A DNA stretch of 64,000 nucleotides from Elsinoe ampelina (Eukaryota), in contig ML992513.1 in assembly GCA_010093995.1 (NCBI GenBank), positions 230,578-294,577 on the forward strand, read 5' to 3'. The notes beneath the pieces were generated by a model. The model was not told the DNA's origin and searched no databases. It worked only from the letters and a program-made list of their open reading frames with translations. Positions 37,925 to 49,269 of the stretch are shown here, piece by piece; within the stretch, counting starts at the first letter, position 1, and each line of letters begins with the position of its first letter. A program made the translations under genes and the position numbers.

Positions 37925-39267
37925 ATGTCATTTTTCGAGTCACAACCATGGGGAGGTGCCCCGGCGCGACAGCCTTCGTGGGAACAGCAGGCCCCGCCAT
38001 CACGATCGGGTATGTTTGAAAATAGCTGGGAACATATGATGGACAAATTTTTGACTAAGTGGAAGGTGCCGCTTCTGCCTCTGGGAACGAGCCAGCCGCT
38101 TTCCTCGCGCAGATAGAAGGTATGCTCAGTCAGATAATCAGGGAAGAAGAAGTTGGGACTAATACATGCTTGCAGAGGTGGATCGAGCAATCGACAACCT
38201 GGTCAAGAGCGGGAAGTTCTACCCCGGCATGCCTGGAGGTCCTCCACCACTTCAAGGCATGCCAGGTCGCCGAGATTCTATGCCTGTCCTTGGTGGGAGG
38301 CCTTACAGTGAATATGGTAAGGGAAAATACTCGGATGCACTGTCATATCACGCTCACGTACGACAGACTCTCGCTCTGGTGGCTCCTCGAGACACCACTC
38401 AATCAGCGAATATGACGGAGGACGTTCGGGGTCATCTGCTGGTCTTCAAAACTACTATGCAGGTCAACGCTTTCCGCCTCGGCAGAACGAGCAAGATCAA
38501 GCCATGCAAGCAAAGCGACGACTGGCCGCACAGAGGGAGCGTGAACTGCGGAATTATCACCAGGAGCAGCAATACAACAAGAGTTAGTGCAATCTTCAAT
38601 ATAATCTTTAATCCTCATGCTGACCTTGTTAGGTTCGACCACTGTCAAGTCTGATCGTTCTTCAAGCCCGACCACGCTAAACGAGGATGACCGTCGGGAT
38701 CTTATCGCACGGCAGCACAGGGCGCTTTACGGGAACGAGACTGCCATGTATGCGGCTGATGGATCCGGTCGGCCTTCGCAGGACGCCAGACTCTCCATCT
38801 CTGGTCATCCCAGAGGACCCTCGCCTTTGGCCTTTGATCCTTTCTCGGTTCAGCAGCATGGAGGATCCGATGGACCTGTCCAGATGCCCTCACGCGACCA
38901 GATGTCCGCGAGCGAGCATAGGACAAGCACCTCTCCCACGTCAGCCGGCCGCAGTAATTTTGGTCTCGATAGCGCTCCACACTCTGCTGGTGGCAACACT
39001 GCCGCTTCACCGATGACATCTCCATCTGTCGGCTCCGGCAACATCCCGTCCATCGCCACCCAGAGTGGTGTCGCTCCTATCGGCACTCGCCCACTTCCGC
39101 AGTCTGCTACGTCAAAGCGCTCCACCACACCTAACGAGCGCTCGACTTCGGCAGCGTCCAATCCTACTGGCACAGACAAGACCTCCAGCCTCGGCTGGGG
39201 ATCTAGCAGCGGCGTCTGGGGCCCGTCGAAGAACACCCTTGGTGTACAGGCGCCTGTCTGGGGCTAG
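37925..39267 (+). CDS. Hypothetical low-complexity protein (multi-exon)
   Basis: Four GT-AG introns join MSFFESQPW...EEVDRAIDNLVKSGK...AKRRLAAQRERELRNYHQEQQY...DRRDLIARQHRALYG...VQAPVWG. It resembles an uncharacterised Pezizomycotina family (from recall, not searched). Confidence 0.8.
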
Positions 39268-39997
39268 AAGCTTCCAATGGATCATTCTTGCATGGGGAAA
39301 AGATCGTTTACGAGATAAGCTACCTGCGACATGTTTCTGCATTACGTTTTGGCGTTTGTCATCTTGGTTCGGGAGGGGCATGCTAGGATCTGGCGATACC
39401 CAAGGGACGAGGGGCACGGTCATGTTCAGTCAGTAGGGATATTGATGTTTGGAGCAACGACAAGAAATTGGGGCAGGGACGGAAAGAATGAGCGCGGTAT
39501 ACGATGTCTTTGGCTTGCGCTGGCATAGTCGTTGATCGGGTGTCTGGTAATGGGATCATGGGTACGGGAATTGGAACGGTATAGGTTGGGTAATCTGGAC
39601 ATTTGGCGCTGCACTGAGAACACTTATGGTGATCAAATCAAAAGTTGTATGGATGGGCAAATGTTCCGCCTCTATCGTGACACGTGCGACTACCTGACAG
39701 CAGTATAATGTAGCACTCAACGAACCATGGTCGATTTCATGGTCAGGGTCCAACCATGTCGAAGACGAACAGCTTTCCCCATAAATTGCCTGCCCAGACC
39801 TGCGGCTGTTCCCGGTGGCCCTGGAGCAATTTTGGAGATGTGAAAGCGTGTCTTTAACTGATCAAGCAGCCATCGACCATCAACTACGAATTCTACCACC
39901 CTCGAGCTATCCAGCATCGCCATCGTATAATTGAGCGACCAATTGGATTTGACGCTTGTATTTGACACAACACTGACTCCTGCACGGCTCTCACAAG

Positions 39998-40748
39998 ATG
40001 GTACGTGGACCCCTGGACTTACAAGCTGGTCGCATTGGATGAAGCGAAAGAGCTTGGAACATATGCAAAAAGAGCTTGAAATACTCGAATCGCTATCAGG
40101 CCTCGATAAACAGCTCGTTGGCTTGTCGGACTGCTGGCTTTGGGCGTCATGGCACGCGACACTGGCATATTGGGAAGCTTCGATTCCATACAGCGACCGC
40201 GATGCAAGACAGCACGACCTCAAGCAAGGCTGACCATATATACAGTCATCCCCGCGCCCTCAATCGCCGGTGAACGGTCCTGGTTCGCCCAGCACGGGGT
40301 CAACCACCGCTCGTCCTTCATCACCAAAGCCACCAGGAGGACCAGCCACAGCGATCAGGAGAAAGGCAGCAGCGGACAGGGCAGACAAGGTCGCAAATGT
40401 CAGGCCTAGCAGCACGAGAGCAGCTGGTGCCGGTGGCAGCAGCAGCACCATGTTGAGTACGTTCACACTATGACGTGCACCCGAAAACGCGGTTGGCCTT
40501 GTGATAGGGCCGGAACCGGCTGTACAGACACACGATAGGCATAACATACTGACTCTCTGCCAGGACTGTACACTGATGAGTCGCCGGGACTGAAGGTCGA
40601 CCCCTTTGTTGTCCTTGTCCTTTCTGTTGGTTTCATCATCTCGGTCGTCGCTCTCCACAGTAAGCTTGCAGTCTGTCGTCGGTAGATGCCAGTAGATGCT
40701 GACCACGATGCAGTCATCGCCAAGGTCACTCGACGATTCTCTTCTTAG
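39998..40748 (+). CDS. SBH1: Sec61 translocon beta subunit
   Basis: AIRRKAAA...GAGGSSSTML/LYTDESPGLKVDPFVVLVLSVGFIISVVALH/IIAKVTRRFSS. Exon 1 is ATG only; intron 40001-40245. Confidence 0.92.
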
Positions 40749-41149
40749 AGATCCGAGCATTGACAGCGACGCACATCATCTTACCACCCACCAATACCTC
40801 ATCTCTCGAGCACTTTTGAATCAGGATTGGATCCGGCAAAGGCTCATGTATTCTACCATTACCCAGAAAAGCTTTGTGCTTCTATAGCATTCGGCAGATA
40901 CTCTAGCAATTCACTTTGTATCCTCCTTCCAACTCTTGACGGCCAGTTCTGATAGCGAGTAATATGGGACGTTCCCGCATTCTGACCCCATCTATGCCGG
41001 CATAGCTCATAATGAAACGTGGTGTTCGAAGACTACGGAAAAACTGTGTTCATCTGTCACATGTCACTCTAGTTCATACTGCGGCGGCTCATGCAACAAA
41101 CTTCTCGAACAATTGCCAGCCTAAACTGGCAATTCGCAGAGAGCATCAA

Positions 41150-41181
41150 TTAGCCGCCCGTCGGAGCTGCTTTTTGGCTAA
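41150..41181. promoter_or_regulatory. Paired XlnR/Xyr1-type sites (TTAGCC 41150-41155, GGCTAA 41176-41181), with CreA-type SYGGRG sites at ~41212-41271
   Basis: Consensus matches upstream of the xylose reductase gene, a known XlnR target class. Confidence 0.55.
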
Positions 41182-41492
41182 AAGGTGCACGGAGCACATT
41201 TCACCCAGCGGCCCCGCAAATGCGATGCAACCCCCACCTTGAACCTCGAGATTCCCACGTCACAGCTGGAGCTTCCCATCTGCCTTACCATCCATAGCGG
41301 CAAAATAGTTCCCTCAACCACGATTGTCCTCATTATCCCAAGGCCTAACCCACCTGCCAAAATCTCTTGTCATTTCCCTAAACCCCATTTGTCTCACTAT
41401 CAAGAGCCGCGACATTCCCACAGCAACAAAGCATTGGTCGAGCCATAGATTGATCCTACATAACCAGCCCGACCCTGCAGAGGACCCTCTTT

Positions 41493-41700
41493 ATGACTTT
41501 TGTTCGAAATTTCTGTCGGTGCGTCAACTCTGACCAGAGCTTTGTTGTCCATAAGAAGGCTTGGGGCTGACCACACTACAAATAGCACCGCCCTCCCTCG
41601 ATCTTGCTCCTCGCTAGCCTGTGCCCCGCGACTCTACACTACCCCGCTTCAGAAATCTTTCAGCCCGCAAACACCGCTTTTCTACAGGACATACGCAGCC
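41493..41700 (+). CDS. Putative alternative 5' exons encoding a mitochondrial presequence for xylose reductase
   Basis: ATG 41493; intron 41519-41585 (GTGCGT...GCTGAC...TAG). Splices in frame to ATG 41701, giving 47 aa with no acidic residues. Confidence 0.65.
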
Positions 41701-42829
41701 ATGTCAGTCCCTAACGTCAAGCTCAACAGCGGCCACCAGGTGCGTATTGGATGCCATTGGTGCTGATCCGAGCTCAGTGTTGACGTGCTGCAGATGCCCC
41801 TCGTCGGCTTCGGTCTCTGGAAGGTCAACAACGACACTTGCGCAGACCAGGTCTACAACGCGATCAAGTCAGGCTACAGACTGTTCGATGGCGCCTGCGG
41901 TACGCAAAGATCAGAATACAGCAGAATGTAGAGCAATTTGACTGATTCCTCTCCAGACTACGGCAATGAGAAGGAGTGCGGAGAGGGCGTTGCGCGTGCC
42001 ATCAAGGACGGCCTCGTCAAGCGTGAGGAGCTCTTCCTCGTCTCCAAGCTCTGGAACTCTTTCCACGACAAGGAGCAGGTGAAGCCGATCGCGAAGAAGC
42101 AGCTCCAGGACTGGGGTATTGACTACTTTGACCTCTACATCGTCCACTTCCCCATTGCCTTGAAGTATGTTGACCCCTCTGTCCGCTACCCACCTGGCTG
42201 GCAAGACGAGGGTGGCAAGGACGTCACCCCCAGCAAGACCACTCTGGCCGACACCTGGAAGGCCATGGAGGAGCTCGTTGACGAGGGTCTCGCCAAGAGC
42301 ATCGGTGTCTCCAACTACAACGGTGCCCTGATCCTTGATCTCCTCCGCTACGCTAAGATCCTCCCCGCCACTCTCCAGATTGAGCACCACCCGTATCTCA
42401 CCCAGCAGCCTCTCATCGACCTGGTCAAGAAGAACGGTATTGCCGTAACCGCCTACAGCTCATTCGGACCCCAGTCTTTCCTCGAGCTCAACATGCAGCA
42501 AGCCAAGGACACCACTCTTCTGTTCGAGCACGACACCATCAAGAGCATCGCGGACAAGCACGGCAAGACCCCAGCCCAGATTCTCCTCCGTTGGGCCACC
42601 CAGCGCGGTGTGGCTGTCATCCCCAAGTCCAACAACCAGAGCCGTCTTGCCCAGAACTTGGACGTGTGCAGCTTCGATCTCAAGGATGATGAGATCAAGG
42701 CCATCTCCGGTCTCAACAAGGGCCTGAGGTTCAACGACCCGCTCGCCGTAAGTGATTGCCAGCCCTGTCTTTCGCACCAGCATACTGATATTTCACTAGT
42801 ACGGCGTCGCCCAGCCCATCTTCGCATAA
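41701..42829 (+). CDS. xyl1: NAD(P)H-dependent D-xylose reductase (aldo-keto reductase)
   Basis: [56 protein letters not shown] and IPKSN motifs. Three introns; ends YGVAQPIFA. Confidence 0.95.
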
Positions 42830-43134
42830 ATCAAGCACGAGCATCGACGTCTCGACGGCATGTTGCATGGAGCCATGTACAAGCAAGAGTCTGAAGGACG
42901 GACGGGAGGCGTGACGGATATGTGAAGACCGGCATGATACACTTTTGATGACATTTTTTTTGGGTACGGAATAGCTAGACTGTACATAGTGCGAACAAGT
43001 ACACCTGGTTCTCTCCAGCTGAATCGCTCCCACCTCAGACAGAAAATGTGTGTAAAGTTTGGTCATAAATCCAATCGTGTCTACAGGTATATGTACATCC
43101 TTGCCGGGCCAATGTCTTCTACAACATCTCTACT

Positions 43135-45222
43135 CTACTTGAACGGGTCCTCCTCGGGCCACAACATCTCCGTCTCCTCCACCACGCTAGGGCCATTCCA
43201 AATCTTTCCCTTCCCCCTCCCACCACCATCCTTCCACCTCTTCCCCTTCTTCTTCATCATCACCTGTCCCGGGCCTTCCTCGTTCCCCAAGCCATGCAAC
43301 CTCACCATCTCCGCCCTCTTCTCCGCCCTCTCCACCCCTTCCAACGCCCTACCCAGCACCTCCTCCACCTCCTCTCCCACATCCCACTCCCTCACCCTCC
43401 TCGCCGCCTCCCTCACCTCCTCCCCCGTGCCATGCAGTTCCCAAGCCCTCAACCCCGCCCTCACAGTCTCCCCATCCACCCTCGACCCATTTCTTTCACC
43501 TGTCCCGTGATCCCCTCGTCTCACCCAATCCACATGCCCAACCCACAACCCCCACACCCTCCCGACCCCCGCCCTGCCCCACCCCCCAAACCTCACCCCC
43601 CTATGCCTCTCAAACCCCGAAAACAACAGCCCCCACGTCCCCATCTCCACCCTCAACCCCGTCCCCATGGCCTCCTCCACCAACTCCACCGCCGTCTCCA
43701 ACTCCCCCGCCACCCACCCCGCGTGCTCGACCAGCATACGATACGTATGCGCATCCGGCGTCACGGGCGTGGCGTCCTGCACCTCCCTGCGCAGATCATG
43801 GTGGTGCCGCAGCTGCCACGCGGTGTACTTGAGCACATGGCCGGAGCGGCGTTGGGCGAGCCAGTCGTCGGCGGGGATGGCGGCGGGGCGACGGGAGGTG
43901 TGCAGGGCTTTCATGCGGGCGAAAGTGGCGAGGGCCGAGGCGAGGTCCCCCGCGTCGAGCAGGGCGCGGATCACGGCGTTGAGCGCGATGGTGTCGATGA
44001 GTTCGCCGGCGTGGAGCATGGATTTGTAGGCTTGTCGGATGCCCGGGACGGAGCGTTGGCGGCCCGAGTAGACGATGCGGAGGAGGTGGGTGTACCGGTC
44101 GGGTTGGAGGTGGCGGGTCGTGATGGTGTTGAGGAGGGTGCGGACGAGGGGGAGGGATTTGGCTTTGAGGGCTAGGACGCCGAGGGTGTTGAAGGTGACG
44201 ATGTCGCCGTGGGTGGAGGGGGTGGATTCGAATTGGTGAAAGAGGGAGAGGGCCCGTTCGAGGCGGGTGGTGGGGTCGAGGGTGGGGGAGCGGCCGATCC
44301 AGTGGAGGGAGGAGTTGAAGTCGCGGTGGGTGAGGGGGCGGGAGGAGGAGGTCATGTCGGACATGACGGTGAAGTATTGTTCGACTTGTTTGGTGGGTTT
44401 GGACTTGGTGCGGCGGAGGAGACTGAGGAAATCGGTGAGGAGGTGCTCGCTGATGTAGCAGACTCGGGGTGAGGGGATGAGCATGTATGCAGACCAGACT
44501 TGGTCTTTATCGGGCGTGGGCTGGTTGAGGAGCTCTCCGAAGCGGAAGACGGACGGTGCAGTCTTCTCGTCGAGTTGCTCGATCTTACGGGGTCTACCAG
44601 CATGTTGTGCCATGTGTCGTGTGACCAGATAGGTCTGTTTGGTTGTTTGTAGTCGGGTCTTCTCTTCCGCGTTGGCTTCTACCTTGGCCCGGATCTGAGC
44701 AATGTGCTTGTCATCCCTGATTCTCGTGCGTCCCTGTTGACGTGGATCTCTTTGTACTTCTTCCTTCCGCGGATCTGGTGGCTTCTCTTCGGGAGGTAGC
44801 ACACTCTCCAGCTCTTCTTCTGTGAACGGCACTTCGATTGCCTGGGCCGCAGCGGCAGAGTATCTCCGAGCTTTTGATAATGTAGACTGCGCTCGAGTGC
44901 TAGTCGCTGATAGCCCTGGCAGATTTCTGGTCCACCGAGGTCTATGGTATTCGTGTCTGCAGCGCTGGCTGGATTCCGAACCAGATATCGTGGTGGTGGC
45001 TGATCGCCCGACACAGGCTGTATGGCGAGAAGCGTGCTTGTATTCCTTCTCTTCGTGTTGTAGGCGCCCAGTACTACCCCTCCTCTCTTTCGAGCTTGCA
45101 TGACCCCTGTTGGTACTGTTTCCATGCTGAGAACGGTCGAATATAAGATGCTTCAGAAACCTTAGGCACTGAGGAGAGGGAATGGGAGCGCCTCTAGGAG
45201 CAGAGATGGGAGACAAGGACAT
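43135..45222 (-). CDS. Pentatricopeptide-repeat protein, probably mitochondrial
   Basis: 695 aa. PPR-like units (DIVTFNTL, PDRYTH, DTIALNAVIRALLDAGD, PDAHTYRMLV); basic N-terminus with RRYSAAA. Confidence 0.85.
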   Translation of the reverse strand: MSLSPISAPRGAPIPSPQCLRFLKHLIFDRSQHGNSTNRGHASSKERRGSTGRLQHEEKEYKHASRHTACVGRSATTTISGSESSQRCRHEYHRPRWTRNLPGLSATSTRAQSTLSKARRYSAAAAQAIEVPFTEEELESVLPPEEKPPDPRKEEVQRDPRQQGRTRIRDDKHIAQIRAKVEANAEEKTRLQTTKQTYLVTRHMAQHAGRPRKIEQLDEKTAPSVFRFGELLNQPTPDKDQVWSAYMLIPSPRVCYISEHLLTDFLSLLRRTKSKPTKQVEQYFTVMSDMTSSSRPLTHRDFNSSLHWIGRSPTLDPTTRLERALSLFHQFESTPSTHGDIVTFNTLGVLALKAKSLPLVRTLLNTITTRHLQPDRYTHLLRIVYSGRQRSVPGIRQAYKSMLHAGELIDTIALNAVIRALLDAGDLASALATFARMKALHTSRRPAAIPADDWLAQRRSGHVLKYTAWQLRHHHDLRREVQDATPVTPDAHTYRMLVEHAGWVAGELETAVELVEEAMGTGLRVEMGTWGLLFSGFERHRGVRFGGWGRAGVGRVWGLWVGHVDWVRRGDHGTGERNGSRVDGETVRAGLRAWELHGTGEEVREAARRVREWDVGEEVEEVLGRALEGVERAEKRAEMVRLHGLGNEEGPGQVMMKKKGKRWKDGGGRGKGKIWNGPSVVEETEMLWPEEDPFK

Positions 45223-45490
45223 GAATGGTCAAGCATGGTGTCGATTATCATCCAGCACATTCCGACCGGTGTTCATTGGCGCTCAATGGAGTGTCGTGGG
45301 GGGCTACTCGAATAATTCGCGATGGACGTCGGCGGGCGATCTGCTTGAAGCTCAGAAAAAATGCGGAGCGCTGATTGGTCGGCCAAAATTCAATGCCGAC
45401 TTCGAGGACATGGCAAGTTGAGGGCCAGTCGACAGCATCACATCAAAACATCTCATACACTGCTGGGATTGACTCAAGAGGGCCTCCAAG

Positions 45491-46296
45491 ATGGGTCGCT
45501 ACGACTTCGGACCACAGCGCGTGCACAAGGCGGTCACGCGACTCCTGGAAACTGGCCGCCAAACGATTCCACCTCCATGGTACAGCGCAGTGGAGATCTT
45601 CCCACCCTCAGAACGACTAGTACGACCAGCATTGCAATCCAAAGGACGAAAGAAGGGCAAAGCGAGCAAGATGTTTCAACCAGTGAAGATATCATACCCT
45701 GAAGACAAGTTACGAGAGGATTTCTTTGGGGACCATCCATGGGAGTTAGCACGACCGCGTACGATCTTGGAAGATGATGGAAAGGACTATCAGAGACAGA
45801 ACTGGAGCCGGTTAGAGGCGCCAGGACGAGCGATCAACGGCGAGAGGTGTGTAGTGCATGCTATTGCACGAGGAGCAGAGAGCTGACTTTGAACAGTGTC
45901 GTACAGCGACAGGTCTGGTTGATGCAGAACGAGGGTTTGACAAAGCCGGAAGCATACGACAAAGCTCGGAAAGAGTTCTATAAGATTCGAGAGGCACAAG
46001 ATATCGATCGGCGGATAGCAAAGGAGGAAGCACAGCACGTGGGAGCCTTCTTCGGAAAGAGCGCGATCGAGGTTGGGTTGGAATTGGAGGATAGAGAATT
46101 CGAAGCTTGGAAGGAGTGGTCGCAGAACGAGGTCACGACCATGCGGCAGATACAAGGATCGGTCTACTCTGGCACAGATAATGAGGATGCCATAGCGGCG
46201 CCGGAGGATTCGGACAAGGTAGTTGACGATATCGAATACCCTGCCGAGTCACAGGAGGGCAAGAATCCTGTAGCTGCATTTTCACAAGCGCGGTAG
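45491..46296 (+). CDS. RSM25: Mitochondrial small-subunit ribosomal protein mS23 (37S protein S25)
   Basis: PPWY, FQPVKISYPEDKLREDFFGDHPWELARPR, SVVQRQVWLM, AYDKARKEFY and EEAQHVGAFFG motifs. One intron (~45847-45897). Confidence 0.92.
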
Positions 46297-46483
46297 CTTT
46301 GAATGAAGATATATGGCTGCTATCATACGAAAGTCCCTTTGTCCTTACTGCATACATGAAGCCTGATGCTGGCCGCACAGGCTGGACCGTTCTGGTCTTG
46401 GTCCTCCATAACTCCGATCTTTCCTTGTCCAATTGATACAAAAGAGACTCGTCGTCCGCGTGGGTATATCTGGTTGAAGGGAA

Positions 46484-47042
46484 CTACCGATTGATGGGAA
46501 CGCCTTGAACATGCGGTGGCGGGCTAACAGCCTCGGCGTTTCTGTCAAGGTCGTCCTTTGCCTCTTCTCCGTCCTGCTCATCGACACTGACGCCTCGTTG
46601 TAGAATACTGCTCTCCTTGACTGGACTTCCCGCTTGACCATGGCTCTGCGTAGGCTGAAGGATAGGACCGCCGGTACCGTTGTGTGGATTAGACGAGGAC
46701 AGGTGCGGAATGGTGTCTGGAGATGGATGTTCGCGGCCGATGGCTGTAACCCCACCATCATCCGCCTTTCCGGCTTTGGACATGGCGTAGTCACCGCTGT
46801 CGAAATACTTGCGTTCCTGACCCTTTTATGCATTAGCGGCTGCCATATGTCCACGACTTAGATCCACGTACCTTGAGCTTGTTCTTGAGCAGGTCCTGCT
46901 TGTTAGGCAGCTTGCCATACATGCGGAAAAGCCTCTGCTCATCGGGTGTCAAGGACTAAACGAGTCAGTGGCTGCAGAGCGGCAGTGTCTCTCCACGAAT
47001 ACTCACGCTGACATCGACTTTGTTCTTCTGATGAGGATTCAT
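46484..47042 (-). CDS. IGO1: Endosulfine/ARPP19-family protein (Igo1/Igo2-like)
   Basis: Spliced MNPHQKNKVDV/SLTPDEQRLFRMYGKLPNKQDLLKNKLK/ERKYFDSGDYAMSKAGK, containing the FDSGDY Greatwall/Rim15 site. Two introns; the ORF track shows only the last part. Confidence 0.9.
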
Positions 47043-48091
47043 GGTGAAGTTGATTGTCCGCAATCCACGCTTTCAACGCCTGTTTTGATCTTTCACCGAA
47101 CCTGACTGCGTTGGCGACGGACACTGTCGCCGAAGTAGTGCGCTCTAGGCGGACGGTGCCGGGCCACAAGATGTTCGAGCTGTCTACTGAAGCTGATCGG
47201 CTGAGGCGAATGCTTGTGATTCAGTCAATTGTCGTAGCCAGAGAGCAGATATGACACTGCCTGTCGGCGGAGCGGTCTTGACTATGGTTCAAGGAGGGCT
47301 CGAGCCAGGGATGTGATCGAAACACAAGGGACGTGATGTTTGTGATCACTTCAAATGGGCTTTCCGGCGGTTGCGGATGATTGCTGAAGCTTCACGGTGT
47401 CTTTCGGCACAATATCGAAGACAATGTGACAAATGTGATGCTGCGATGGACGATTTTGGGACAAAGAGGGAGCGATGAGAACAAAATCCGCTTGAGTTGA
47501 CGTGAGCGAGCTTGGTCTTGGCGGAGGCATGCTTCCCCGCAAAAACGTTTGGAACCAGTCGAAAGCGATTTGCGTGGGATCACGGCATAAACTTTTTTGC
47601 ACTTCAGGAGAATAGCAAAGTTCAGACACGCAAAACCTGGCAGTAAATTGCCTCGTGATCATCAACAGCTTTCTGAGTGGGACTCTGGCGAAATTCCTCG
47701 CGGGCGATATCTGTGACTTTGACGAGAGATATCAGCGGTGGAGCGTTGTGCCTGCAACAACTTCGAGCTTGCAGCATCGTTTGGGACCAACGAGGATCTG
47801 CAATACAACGAAAACGGCAACAGCACGACAGATACAGACAAGGATCACAAGTACCCGACGTCTCTAGCAGTGCCGGACTTTGAAGCTCTTCCGGAGCTGT
47901 GAGCGAGTCGTCCCAAAAGATCTGCACCATTCGACTGGGATTGAGTTTGGCGATTCAGAAACCCTGCTCCAATCTGCAGCTCGAAGGTGTCACACATCTT
48001 GTGACTTCAAGACCGGCTGATCGTTACCGCTCCGCCATCGACATCTGTAAAGCGCTCTGTCAGCGGCATCTGGAGACGTGCTATCGATATC

Positions 48092-48928
48092 ATGGCTGGT
48101 AATGTAGCAGAGGTCGGCAAGAAATCATTTGTCGTCGAGCATCTAGATCCAGAATTGGAAGAGTGGTCGGCATTGGAGTATACGGCCATAGGGCGAGAGT
48201 CCGAGGCTGCAGGGTGTCTGTTCTATCTGAGTTCCGTCTCGCCTGAGCTCAAAGTCCCACCTGCGTTGCAGCAATCACAAGCTACAAAGGTAGAGCAGCG
48301 TAGTGTAGAAGACATATTCGCGTCTAACAAGGACCGCGTATGTTTGCTGGATCCGGCGGCAAAGACAGAACTTTCGCCATCCGATGCGGACAAGTTCGAC
48401 GTTTTCTTGTTCGGCGGTATCCTGGGTAGGCTCTTTTCGTCTGCTGGGGTGCGAGACATGATTGCTGACGAATGATAGGGGATGATCCTCCAAGAGGTAT
48501 TCGGCCTCTCAACTTCAATGGATCTGAAACTGACCTGCTTCAGATAGGACATCGGAATTGCGGAAGAAGGGGTACACAGGTCGACGGCTGGGTCCTGTAC
48601 AGATGACTACAGATACGGCCGTCAGGGTGACTAGGATAGTAGTCATGGATCAAAGTAGGTCTTGTTGTCGTATAATGTCTGGATACTGTATCTGATTCAC
48701 CGCGCAGTTGCTCTGGGCGACATCAACTACGTTGACCATCCTGAGATCAAGGTCGATGAACATGAAAGCACCCAAATGCCCTTTCGATATGTGGTTGACT
48801 CAGCGGGTCAGCCAATACTACCAGAGGTGAGCGGTACGAAAGGTCGCACAAAGCTTGATTAACGATTCTAGGGTATGCTTGAGGTGATAAAGAAAGACTC
48901 GGAGCGGGGTATTGACGATCTACTATGA
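48092..48928 (+). CDS. SFM1: SPOUT-family methyltransferase Sfm1-like (DUF431)
   Basis: FVVEHLDPELEEWSALEY, VCLLDP, FLFGGILG/DDPPRD/RTSELR, LGPVQMTTDTAVRV and TQMPFRYV motifs. Includes an 18-nt exon at 48479-48496. Confidence 0.88.
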
Positions 48929-49269
48929 AGGATACTATACCTGATGTATGAGCAATAAGAGATAGATTCAGAAATGCACGGGCAGTCTAGCCATGAATAC
49001 TACTATTTATTCTCTGTGTGCCTTGTTGGTGCGACCAAGATTGAACGTGCGAAGGAGGTGAGGTACGATAGAAGGTTGCCCCAAGCGCACAAGGTCAAGG
49101 TACCTTAGACAGAACAAAAGCGGATGCGGCTCTGTCGCGGCCGATGACATCATTGGCTAGATTGCACGTGGACGTTTGCTGGCTCCCATCCATGGATGTT
49201 TGTAGATCATGCCTGGTCTCCCTTGCAAATATCTTCGCTGGCTTCTGCTCTAGAGTGAAGATCGAGGTG

